Shown here: positions 36,601-49,543 of the stretch, piece by piece
How positions within the stretch are numbered: the first letter of the stretch is position 1
Layout: each line of letters starts with the position of its first letter
Assembly (NCBI RefSeq): GCF_947568905.1
Contig: NC_079167.1
Coordinates: forward strand, 10,416,001-10,480,000
Length of the DNA stretch: 64,000 nt
Direction: 5' to 3'
DNA from: Ostrea edulis
Lineage: Eukaryota
Translations under genes and position numbers: made by a program
Notes under the pieces: model-generated
What the model was told of the DNA's origin: nothing
Seen by the model: the letters and a program-made list of their open reading frames with translations, nothing else
The model's database searches: none

Positions 36601-39600
36601 ATTGTCTATTGTCACTGTCTACTGTCATTGTCTATTGTCACTTCCTACTATTATTGTCTATTGTCACTGTCTATTGTCACTGTCTACTATCACTGTCTAG
36701 TGTCACTGTCTACTGTCACTGTCTATTGTCACTGCCTACTATCATTGTCTATTATCATTGTCTACTATCATTGTCTACTATCATTGTCTACTGTCATTGT
36801 CTACTGTCATTGTCTATTGTCACTGTCTACTGTCATTGTCTATTGTCACTTCCTACTATTATTGTCTATTGTCACTGTCTATTGTCACTGTCTACTATCA
36901 CTGTCTAGTGTCACTGTCTACTGTCACTGTCTATTGTCACTGTCTACTATCATTGTCTACTATCATTGTCTACTGTCACTGTCTACTGTCATTGTCTATT
37001 GTCATTGTCTATTGTCACTGTCTAGTGTCACTGTCTACTATCATTGTCTACTGTCACTGTCTACTATCATTGTCTATTGTCACTGTCTACTGTCATTGTC
37101 TATTGTCACTGTCTACTGTCATTGTCTATTGTCACTGCCTACTGTCATTGTCTACTGTCATTGTCTATTGTCACTGTCTACTGTCACTGTCTATTGTCAC
37201 TGCCTACTATCATTGTCTATTATCATTGTCTACTGTCACTGTCTACTATCATTGTCTACTATCACTGTCTACAGTCACCGTCTACTATCATTGTCTACTG
37301 TCACTGCCTACTGTCATTGTCTATTGTCACTGTCTACTGTCACTGTCTATTGTCACTGCCTACTATCATTGTCTATTGTCACTGCCTACTATCATTGTCT
37401 ACTATCATTGTCTACTATCATTGTCTACTATCATTGTCTACTGTCACTGTCTACTGTCACTGTCTACTGTCATTGTCTACTGTCACTGTCTACTGTCACT
37501 GTCTACTGTCACTGTCTATTGTCACTGTCTACTATCATTGTCTACTGTCACTGTCTACTGTCATTGTCTATTGTCACTGCCTACTATCATTGTCTACTAT
37601 CATTGTCTACTGTCATTGTCTATTGTCACTGTCTACTGTCACTGTCTATTGTCACTGCCTACTATCATTGTATATTATCACTGTCTACTATCATTGTCTA
37701 TTGTCACTGTCTACTATCATTGTCTACTGTCACTGTCTACTATCATCGTTTACTGTCACTGTCTACTGTCACTGTCTATTGTCACTGTCTACTATCATTG
37801 TCTACTATCATTGTCTACTGTCACTGTCTACTGTCATTGTCTATTGTCATTGTCTATTGTCACTGTCTAGTGTCACTGTCTACTATCATTGTCTACTGTC
37901 ACTGTCTACTATCATTGTCTATTGTCACTGTCTACTGTCATTGTCTATTGTCACTGTCTACTGTCATTGTCTATTGTCACTGCCTACTGTCATTGTCTAC
38001 TGTCATTGTCTATTGTCACTGTCTACTGTCACTGTCTATTGTCACTGCCTACTATCATTGTCTATTATCATTGTCTACTGTCACTGTCTACTATCATTGT
38101 CTACTATCACTGTCTACAGTCACCGTCTACTATCATTGTCTACTGTCACTGCCTACTGTCATTGTCTATTATCACTGTCTACTATCATTGTCTATTGTCA
38201 CTGCCTACTATCATTGTCTACTATCATTGTCTATTATCATTGTCTACTGTCACTGTCTACTATCATTGTCTACTATCATTGTCTATTGTCACTGTCTACT
38301 ATCATTGTCTACTGTCACTGCCTACTATCATTGTCTATTGTCACTGTCTACTATCATTGTCTATTGTCACTGCCTACTATCATTGTCTACTATCATTGTC
38401 TACTGTCACTGTCTACTATCATTGTCTATTGTCACTGCCTACTATCATTGTCTACTATCATTGTCTACTGTCACTGTCTACTATCATTGTCTACTATCAC
38501 TGTCTACAGTCACCGTCTACTATCATTGTCTACTATCATTGTCTACTATCACTGTCTACTATCATTGTCTATTATCACTGTCTACTATCATTGTATATTA
38601 TCACTGTCTACTGTCATTGTCTATTGTCACTGTCTACTGTCACTGTCTATTGTCACTGCCTACTATCATTGTCTATTATCATTGTCTACTATCATTGTCT
38701 ACTGTCACTGTCTACTATCATTGTCTACTATCACTGTCTACTGTCACTGTCTACTATCATTGTCTACTATCACTGTCTACTATCATTGTCTATTATCACT
38801 GTCTACTATCATTGTCTACTATCATTGTCTACTATCATTGTCTACTATCATTGTCTACTGTCACTGTCTACTATCATTGTCTACTATCACTGTCTACAGT
38901 CACCGTCTACTATCATTGTCTACTGTCACTGCCTACTGTCATTGTCTATTGTCACTGCCTACTATCATTGTCTATTATCATTGTCTACTATCATTGTCTA
39001 CTGTCACTGTCTACTATCATTGTCTACTATCACTGTCTACTGTCACTGTCTACTATCATTGTCTACTATCACTGTCTACTATCATTGTCTACTGTCACTG
39101 CCTACTATCATTGTATATTATCACTGTCTACTATCATTGTCTACTATCATTGTCTACTATCATTGTCTACTATCATTGTCTACTGTCACTGTCTACTATC
39201 ATTGTCTACTATCACTGTCTACTGTCACTGTCTACTATCATTGTCTACTATCACTGTCTACAGTCACCGTCTACTATCATTGTCTACTATCACCGTCTAC
39301 TGTCACTGTCTACTATCATTGTATATTATCACTGTCTACTATCACTGTCTACTGTCACTGTCTACTATCATTGTCTACTATCACTGTCTACTGTCACTGT
39401 CTACTATCATTGTCTACTATCACCGTCTACTATCATTGTCTACTGTCACTGTCTACTGTCACTGTCTATTGTCACTGCCTACTATCATTGTCTATTGTCA
39501 CTGCCTACTATCATTGTCTACTATCATTGTCTACTGTCACTGTCTACTATCATTGTCTATTGTCACTGCCTACTATCATTGTCTACTATCATTGTCTACT

Positions 39601-42600
39601 GTCACTGTCTACTATCATTGTCTACTATCACTGTCTACAGTCACCGTCTACTATCATTGTCTATTGTCACTGTCTACTGTCACTGTCTATTGTCACTGCC
39701 TACTATCATTGTCTACTATCATTGTCTACTGTCACTGTCTACTATCATTGTCTATTGTCACTGCCTACTATCATTGTCTACTATCATTGTCTACTGTCAC
39801 TGTCTACTATCATTGTCTATTGTCACTGCCTACTATCATTGTCTACTGTCATTGTCTATTATCATTGTCTACTATCATTGTCTACTGTCACTGTCTACTA
39901 TCACTGTCTACTGTCACTGTCTACTATCATTGTCTACTATCACTGTCTACTATCATTGTCTACTGTCACTGCCTACTGTCACTGTCTATTGTCACTGCCT
40001 ACTATCATTGTCTATTGTCACTGCCTACTGTCACTGTCTACTGTCATTGTCTACTGTCACTGTCTACTATCATTGTCTACTATCACTGTCTACTATCATT
40101 GTCTATTATCACTGTCTACTATCATTGTCTACTATCATTGTCTACTATCATTGTCTACTATCATTGTCTACTGTCACTGTCTACTATCATTGTCTACTAT
40201 CACTGTCTACAGTCACCGTCTACTATCATTGTCTACTGTCACTGCCTACTGTCATTGTCTATTGTCACTGCCTACTATCATTGTCTATTATCATTGTCTA
40301 CTATCATTGTCTACTGTCACTGTCTACTATCATTGTCTACTGTCACTGTCTACTGTCACTGTCTATTGTCACTGCCTACTATCATTGTCTATTGTCACTG
40401 CCTACTATCATTGTCTACTATCATTGTCTACTGTCACTGTCTACTATCATTGTCTATTGTCACTGCCTACTATCATTGTCTACTATCACTGTCTACAGTC
40501 ACCGTCTACTATCATTGTCTATTGTCACTGTCTACTGTCACTGTCTATTGTCACTGCCTACTATCATTGTCTACTATCATTGTCTACTATCATTGTCTAC
40601 TATCATTGTCTACTGTCACTGTCTACTATCATTGTCTATTATCATTGTCTACTATCATTGTCTACTGTCACTGTCTATTGTCACTGTCTACTGTCACTGT
40701 CTATTGTCACTGTCTACTATCATTGTCTACTATCATTGTCTACTATCATTGTCTACTGTCACTGTCTACTATCATTGTCTATTATCATTGTCTACTATCA
40801 TTGTCTACTGTCACTGTCTACTATCATTGTCTACTATCACTGTCTACTGTCACTGTCTACTATCATTGTCTACTATCACTGTCTACTATCATTGTCTACT
40901 GTCACTGCCTACTATCATTGTATATTATCACTGTCTACTATCATTGTCTACTATCATTGTCTACTATCATTGTCTACTATCATTGTCTACTGTCACTGTC
41001 TACTATCATTGTCTACTATCACTGTCTACAGTCACCGTCTACTATCATTGTCTACTGTCACTGTCTACTGTCACTGTCTATTGTCACTGCCTACTATCAT
41101 TGTCTACTATCATTGTCTACTGTCACTGTCTACTATCATTGTCTATTGTCACTGCCTACTATCATTGTCTACTATCATTGTCTACTGTCACTGTCTACTA
41201 TCATTGTCTACTATCACTGTCTACAGTCACCGTCTACTATCATTGTCTATTGTCACTGTCTACTGTCACTGTCTATTGTCACTGCCTACTATCATTGTCT
41301 ACTATCATTGTCTACTGTCACTGTCTACTATCATTGTCTATTGTCACTGCCTACTATCATTGTCTACTATCATTGTCTACTGTCACTGTCTACTATCATT
41401 GTCTATTGTCACTGCCTACTATCATTGTCTACTGTCATTGTCTATTATCATTGTCTACTATCATTGTCTACTGTCACTGTCTACTATCACTGTCTACTGT
41501 CACTGTCTACTATCATTGTCTACTATCATTGTCTACTGTCATTGTCTATTGTCACTGTCTACTGTCACTGTCTATTGTCACTGTCTATTGTCACTGCCTA
41601 CTATCATTGTCTACTGTCACTGTCTACAGTCACCGTCTACTATCATTGTCTACTGTCACTGTCTACTATCATTGTCTACTATCATTGTCTACTGTCACTG
41701 CCTACTGTCACTGTCTATTGTCACTGCCTACTATCATTGTCTACTGTCACTGTCTACAGTCACCGTCTACTATCATTGTCTACTGTCACTGTCTACTATC
41801 ATTGTCTACTATCATTGTCTATTATCATTGTCTACTATCATTGTCTACTATCATTGTCTACTATCACTGTCTACTGTCACTGTCTACTATCATTGTCTAC
41901 TATCACTGTCTACTATCATTGTCTATTATCACTGTCTACTATCATTGTCTACTATCATTGTCTACTATCATTGTCTACTATCATTGTCTACTGTCACTGT
42001 CTACTATCATTGTCTACTATCACTGTCTACAGTCACCGTCTACTATCATTGTCTACTGTCACTGCCTACTGTCATTGTCTATTGTCACTGCCTACTATCA
42101 TTGTCTATTATCATTGTCTACTATCATTGTCTACTGTCACTGTCTACTATCATTGTCTACTATCACTGTCTACTGTCACTGTCTACTATCATTGTCTACT
42201 ATCACTGTCTACTATCATTGTCTACTGTCACTGCCTACTATCATTGTATATTATCACTGTCTACTATCATTGTCTACTATCATTGTCTACTATCATTGTC
42301 TACTATCATTGTCTACTGTCACTGTCTACTATCATTGTCTACTATCACTGTCTACAGTCACCGTCTACTATCATTGTCTACTGTCACTGTCTACTGTCAC
42401 TGTCTATTGTCACTGCCTACTATCATTGTCTATTGTCACTGCCTACTATCATTGTCTACTATCATTGTCTACTGTCACTGTCTACTATCATTGTCTATTG
42501 TCACTGTCTACTATCATTGTCTACTATCATTGTCTACTGTCATTGTCTACTATCATTGTCTACTATCACTGTCTACAGTCACCGTCTACTATCATTGTCT

Positions 42601-43190
42601 ACTGTCACTGTCTACTGTCACTGTCTATTGTCACTGCCTACTATCATTGTCTATTGTCACTGCCTACTATCATTGTCTACTATCATTGTCTACTGTCACT
42701 GTCTACTATCATTGTCTATTATCACTGTCTACAGTCACCGTCTACTATCATTGTCTATTGTCACTGTCTACTGTCACTGTCTATTGTCACTGCCTACTAT
42801 CATTGTCTATTATCATTGTCTACTATCATTGTCTACTGTCACTGTCTACTATCACTGTCTACTGTCACTGTCTACTATCATTGTCTACTATCACTGTCTA
42901 CTATCATTGTCTACTGTCACTGCCTACTGTCACTGTCTATTGTCACTGTCTACTATCATTGTCTACTATCACTGTCTACAGTCACCGTCTACTATCATTG
43001 TCTACTGTCATTGTCTATTGTCACTGCCTACTATCATTGTCTATTATCATTGTCTACTGTCATTTTCTACTGTCACTGCCTACTGTCATTGTCTACTGTC
43101 ATTGTCTATTGTCACTGCCTACTGTCACTGTCTATTGTTATTGTCTATTACTTACTGCCACTGATTATTGCTAACTGTCACTATCTACTG
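33617..43190. repeat. About 9.6-kb satellite of 13-bp variant units, consensus CTA(C/T)T(A/G)TCA(C/T)TG(T/C), roughly 730 copies
   Basis: Units ctactatcattgt, ctactgtcactgt, ctattgtcactgc and others. Offsets between identical blocks (845, 2678 and 3289 bp) are exact multiples of 13. Confidence 0.97.
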
Positions 43191-43980
43191 TTAGTTGTCA
43201 CTGCCATTTGTATGGAATTCCATAGTAAGCATCAGGCTTCCATACATATGTCTTCTTTCAAATACTCGTACAAATGTAGCATGAATATTAGATATATGTA
43301 TGTTTTGTATTTACTAGAAAGTGGAAAGATGTGATACAAAATCAAAAGATAGATTTGAAAGATTTTTAAACTTTTAAAAAGGCAAGATTTTTTAAAATTC
43401 TTTTTAAACATTGTCAGTCACTGAAGATGGTAAAATATTGAAGAAAAAGAGATGCGATACATTAATTTTCAAAAATAGAGCATCCCATGTAATTCTTTCA
43501 TAAAACTTTGCTATATTCCCCCTCTTTAAAAAACATCTGCATATTCACTTTCAGTTGGTACCGTTGTTTCAGTCAACGATGTTCACAACATGTTTAAGCT
43601 CCCCCTTTATCGTTAACACTGAACTTCACGATTAATGTCCGTTTTGTTATCATTATTGTTGCTTTTCTTGAAGTTTATTAATTTCTCCCCTTCATCTTAT
43701 TCCTTTACTTCTTATTTCGCAATTCAAACTACGGATTAAGTTTATTTTAAACTGACTTTTGAATATACATGTATCAGGATTTTCACATACACAATTGAAT
43801 GTGAAGATGAAATTGATTTCTTCTGCCTGTTTTGTACAATTTACTTCATTAGTTCGGTATTGCAATGCAAGTATTATGTTTGGAATGATACTAAATTAAT
43901 ACGCATCAAATACGTGTCATTGAATCGATATTCTATACTTCAAAAAAGTATTTGTGCCCCCCGTTTATTACGCCGTTGTG

Positions 43981-44185
43981 GCAGTAGGCAGTGACAGAAA
44001 GCAGTAGACAATGACAGGAAGCAGTAGGAAATGACAGGAAGCAGTGAGCAGTTACAGGAAGCAGTAGGCAGTGACAGGAAGCAGTAGGCAATGACAGGAA
44101 GCAGTAGGCAGTGACAGGAAGCAGTAGGCAGTGGCAGGAAGCAGAAAACAGTGGCAGGAAGCAGAAAACAGTGGCAGGAAGCAAT
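43981..44185. repeat. 20-bp tandem repeat, about 10 copies, related in reverse complement to the 13-bp satellite
   Basis: gcagtaggcagtgacaggaa units; the reverse complement contains ctgtcactgcctact. Confidence 0.85.
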
Positions 44186-45924
44186 GAAAGGTAGCTGTTG
44201 TGTATCGAATTCCATAAAATACTACGCAAAAGAAAAATATTCTGCGCACCGTGCATTTTAGGGGAGATGATTCTCGTAAATATGAAGCATAATATGCCAT
44301 TAATTTTCATTCAAAATTTCGATGAGAAAAAGCGACCCGAATTTAGCCATTCGCATAGGCTCCACTAAAAAATATATAATTTAAGCTAGACATTTCAAAA
44401 TAAGATCGACTACATTACTATTATCAAAAAGACATTATCATGTAGTATAACCACAAAATATTAATACAAAAATATACCTTGATATTTAGATAAAATCTTC
44501 GTCTGTTGTATATGCACACGCTGCAATGGCTGAGTCTTGCCCCGGGACGGCAATAATGTGTCGTCTTTTGAAGCTTGTTTTTCCTGACAAACTTAGACAC
44601 CATCCATCAGATAATCTCGGCCCTAGAAGCGCCTGACTCAATGCTCCATCATCAAAAATGCTACCTACCGTATGCACACACTTCAGGATAAGTGTGGGTG
44701 TTTGTGATTCTGGATCCATTGCTGAAACTATCATCGATGTTGATTTTTCCGTAAACTCTGCACTTTCCATCGTTTACATGTAATTTCTCTGTACATGTAT
44801 AAGAAAGAAAGAAAGAAATGCCTTAAGGGTATCTTGTGAAGTGTTTATCTCTACAACTGAAATAAATTTTATAAAGTCAAAATACTGTAAAAGATAGATG
44901 TATCTTTTATTGGGCCAAGATTTCCTTGAGAGAAAAAAACTCCCCAGAGGAAAAAGTTTAATGATTATTCCATTACCGTATGATACACGAGGACAAAAGC
45001 TCGATTCGTTGAAGACTTGAAAACTCTCTTTTAATTTTTTTTCACAATGTAACTTGTTTGGAACGTAGTCCATATTTTACAAATTTGGAAACATTTTACT
45101 TTTTGTAAAGCATTTATAAATGCGTGTGATAATTATCCTGCAATTGAATCAAGTTGTTCAAGAACCACATTTCGCTAAATCCCTGAATACCATACGGTGT
45201 TCTTTCATTGTTCTTAACGGAACAGATTTTTTGTTTTGTCCAAAGATCCTGAGAATGAATTTGGCGCCAGACTGAAATTAGAGGCTACTAACCAGAAGCT
45301 GATAACCTCACAGAATAAATTTAAACAGCCTCTCAGAAAAATCATCGAAAGGCTAAGTAAAAGGGTTTTGTTGTTTTACGCTCCATTCGAGAACTTTCAC
45401 GACTCATATACATATATCAGCTGTAAGAAGTAGGCCATGCACGTACTGCCTGTTGGATGTTTAGTTTTGACACATTTAAAACACAGTCTGTGATGTCACA
45501 GGTCTACTTAATAATCGACGAGAATCGAACCCGGGAGCTCCCAGTGACAAGAAAGCGCCCGAGACACTAAGCTACCCTGACCCCCAGTTTCAGCATACGA
45601 TAGAATTTCTTTCTTTTTTTTTATTTGACAATGTCAAGTAAAATACGTCTAGTTAATTTGATTTAACTTGGAGAGATATTCATGAAAATCATTATATATA
45701 ATTATATGAGTGACTCGTAATGAAAGGATGGAAGTAAATAAAATTCACCAAACGTTTTATTCGTTTCAAGCAACATATTTTGTCACTGCATATTTAACTG
45801 CACATTTATCAAATGCACTACAGTGTTATGGCTCACCAGAATGGTATGGTCTTGGACAATTAAGTAACAATGAATGGATGTACATGTAAGTAATGCTAAG
45901 GAAAACAGAATGATGTGGAATTTA

Positions 45925-46107
45925 TTTACCTGATCAAGATATAGGACTCACGGAGAAGGTGACCGACGGACAGGGGATGCTTACTCCTCCTAGGCATCTG
46001 ATCTCACCAATGGTATATCCAAGGGTCCGTGTTTGTCAAACTTGTTAATTTTGTATTCCCTATAGGAGTTATGAGATTGATCAGTGTTCGGTGTCTTCAC
46101 TTTTTCA
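45925..46107 (+). mobile_element. Penelope-like 3' terminal fragment
   Basis: tttacctgatcaagatatagg..ggggatgcttactcctcctaggca..gttatgagattgatcagtgttcg. Confidence 0.75.
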
Positions 46108-48576
46108 TAATGCCCCCATAACAAGTTTGTTACAGTAAAATTACGCGCCCCCTCCCGTAACTACAACCTTTCTTATTAAAATCCCCTGGTGACCTTCACC
46201 TTACACCCTTTGACCCCAAAACGAAAATGATTCTTCCTCTCTTAAATTATTTGAAAATATAAAACATAATTACAACTGTTACCTTGTTAATGAGGGGGAA
46301 AAAACCAAAATTATTTTGTACCAAGAACTCGACTGTTTATTTATCGTGTACATTCGTAGTGAACAAAAACACTTCTTGATTTTTCATTCTACCATCCTTC
46401 CTGACCATCACAGGATTTATGTTGTATACAACGGCAGTTATTGCCCCTATTAGGCAAATTATGGTGTGTTTTTTTTAGCCCTTTGTTAGATAACCTGGCC
46501 AGAACAATAGGCTCCTCTAGTATTCCGGATACAGTAGAAGAATCAATCGCATTGTATGAGGATTTCAAAAAAAAAAACCGAAACGGGGGGGGGGGGGGGG
46601 GTAATCTTTCCGCCTGTGTTCTCGTGCTCTTTCTTTGTAATGTTTGCACCGAATCTATTCAACAAAATTGCTTTTCGGCAATACAACCCCAAAACCTTTA
46701 AACCTTTTTGTTGGGTGTTATTTTTTATTCCAGATGAGGTAACTTTCATGCAATCTTTTTCGAACGCCATGTTCCTCAATTTAAAGTTTTGTTTAAAGTA
46801 TGACTGGAAGTATTAATGAATATTTTTAAGGTATGTTTGGACACAAGTATAGTGGGAAATATATTACGAATTTTCTGACATCAAATTTTTGAGACAGTGG
46901 TGCAAGAATACAGTGATATAAAGCCTCAACAGTGCGCATTTTTTTCTGCGCTGTAAATTGCAGGGTTTTTTTTTTATAAGGGGTGAAGAAGAAATTGTTT
47001 AGATTAGGCCATTGAATTAAATGTATTACATAAAAAAAATTAAATTGAAAATCATGCAGGAAGAAGTACAGATTTTATCTATGATCTGAAAACGAATTCT
47101 GGTAGGTACAATACAATCCAGAAAACCTGTGCAAATTGTTGGGCAAACCTCTGAAGCGTGCGTGGTATTCGTAAAGCTTCATTTGCATTATTGCAACAAA
47201 ATTTCCAATGCTTCCTAATCGTTTTTCTATTCTTCATAGCATCCTCAATCTTGATGTGATATTTCCCATTTCAGGCACATAAAATTGGGGAAGGGAGGCT
47301 GCCATTGATCATAATTTCTTATTTGGTAATACTAATGAAAAATAGATTGGATGACTCCGCCCCCCCCCCCTTATTCTTAACAGTGGTAAGTATTAAGTAA
47401 GCTTGAAAATTGTATATATAAAAGACACACACCCCTTACGATTTTAGAACGTTTGGACCGAAGTGTCTTTGGACCAAAGTGTCTTTGGGCTGAAATGTCT
47501 AACGTTTCGAGGAAGGTAGAGAAAAATCATTTTGAAGTTACCCCCCTCCCCTTCCCCCCAAGAATTACGATTTTGAACATCGGTAAAAACATCATGGTTA
47601 TCATTATTATTTTTTTTTTTGGCTCGTCAAGAGTAGCCTTCCCTCAATTTTTCTTCCGGCTCCCTCTCCTCCTTATGAAAAAAAAAATACGTGCCTGCAT
47701 TATCATTAATAGAAGAACTGAAATGAAAATATAATTTTGATTTCTTGATTTCCTTGTCTGTTGATATGAAACCAATTCATATCGGGTTTTTGGTATAAGT
47801 TTGTAATAATGATAGATAAACGAGGGGGAAATGATATCAATGGAAGGTAGAAAGATATATGAAAGAAGTGGAAAATTGGCATACAGGGATGCAAGTCCCC
47901 CCCCCCCCTTTTTTTTTTTTTTTTGGTTGTTGTTGAACTAACTTATCGTGAGTGGTGTTCGAATAAGAATTTTCTTTAATATTTGATATTGTCTTTGCTC
48001 CCCCAAAACAACAAAAATGGCCGTCGAAAAGGACTCAAACAAACGAACTACATCTATTAAGTGAACTTTCGTAAGACAGGTCTCGTTCATTTACTGGTAG
48101 TGAGGTCGTTCACTCTGCAAAGAAAACCCATCATAAGTCAAATTCAGATGAAGAAATATCAAGTGTCCAGTTAAAAGTTAAACTCCAAACACCCTCCTCA
48201 CAGCAAATCATGACCCCACCCATATTGCAGAGCATGAACAAGCCCTCTGCCCATCACAACAATTCATTGTTACGGGTTCAGTAAGCATAACTAGTGATGA
48301 TATATGTAACAATATGATTTGATCGGGTTCGTTATTCTATATATTGTTATGTTTTTAACGTTTGTAGTTCGCCATGCTTATTTGAACATCTTAAGAAACG
48401 TAGTCTGGAATTGAGCTGCATTCCTTAATTCTGCAAGGTCCTACGTATTGAAACATGGTGTCAGAAGTCCTGAACTGTAAACTGTGAGTACGGATATTGT
48501 GTACCAGCCACAATAAACAGAAAAACCTGACATTTTCCCCCTTTGATATTGTTCGAGAACGCGCCAAAATTCGACA

Positions 48577-49543
48577 ATGGAAAACGTACTCCACCCGCCC
48601 GAAACTATGGATTTCAATGCCAAAAGCCTGTCCCAGACTTGGAAAAAAATGGAAAGAGGAAGTTTGTTTATATATTGACATAAGCATGGATAAAAAGCCA
48701 GAAGCACAAAAGGTAAAACTTTTGTTATATCTTCTCGGACGCAAGGGGAGGGAAATCCATAGCACAATACAATTCCAAACAACAGATGAGCATGGAAACA
48801 AAGTCGACATTGAGGAGAAAAACATCACTGTGAAGATGGTTCTAGACGAATTTGACAAACACTGTGACCCTAAGAAAAATGAGACAGTGGAGCGATATAA
48901 ATTCTACAGTCGAAGTCAACAAGTAGGTGACACTTTTGACAAATTTTTAGCAGAAATTAGAATCTTGGCTGACACATGCAACTTCGGAACACTTAAAGAC
49001 TCTATGATAAGAGACAGAATCATTTGTGGTGTAAGCGATTCTGGACTGCGAGAACGGCTTCTGCGTGTGGCAGACTTGGATTTGGATAAATGTATTCAGG
49101 TCTGCAGGGCAACTGAAGTTTCTAAAGAGCAAAACAAAGAAATTGAACCACAGGCAGCAGGAGCATCTGTGCATACAGTGAACTCACACAAGAAGAACTT
49201 CAAGAAGCATCCACAAAAACCACAAAGACATCAGCAGCAACAACAAAACAGACAGGATTCCAGTCAGTGCAAGTACTGTGGAAGTCGCCATGTAAAGGGA
49301 AAACGAAACTGCAAAGCATATGGTCATCAGTGTGGGAAGTGTGGCAAATTACCTCATTTTGAAAAGGTATGCAACTCTACCAAATCAAGTGTACACCAAA
49401 TCCAAGAGAGTGTTGAATCGGACTCTGATGACTACTATTCTATCTACAGTGTAGACCTCAGAAACCTCAGCGAATCAATCAACGCCATTAACCAAGCCAC
49501 CGAAAACAAAGTATTTGCCACTTTGTCTGTGAATGGACAGTAA
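48577..49543 (+). pseudogene. gag: Gypsy gag with two zinc knuckles; +1 frameshift in an A-run near 48648
   Basis: MENVLHPPETMDFNAKSLSQTWK/KWKEEV..MIRDRIICG..CKYCGSRH..C..CGKCGKLPHFEKVC, followed by an in-frame TAA at 49541. Confidence 0.85.

Noticed and set aside
33643-43334. Very long + strand ORFs (up to 2932 aa) of Cys/His/Leu-rich repeats
   Set aside because: They arise from a 13-bp satellite that is nearly stop-free in all three + frames. The same peptide appears in every frame, and there is no non-repetitive domain.
45236-45433. Short ORF SKDPENEFGARLKLE.. as a possible exon
   Set aside because: No canonical donor or partner exon could be established, and no family was recognised.
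45505-45580. tRNA-like sequence on the minus strand (ggttcgattc B-box); a similar piece lies at about 32045-32110 on the + strand
   Set aside because: No complete cloverleaf or identifiable anticodon; these are most likely decayed SINE heads.
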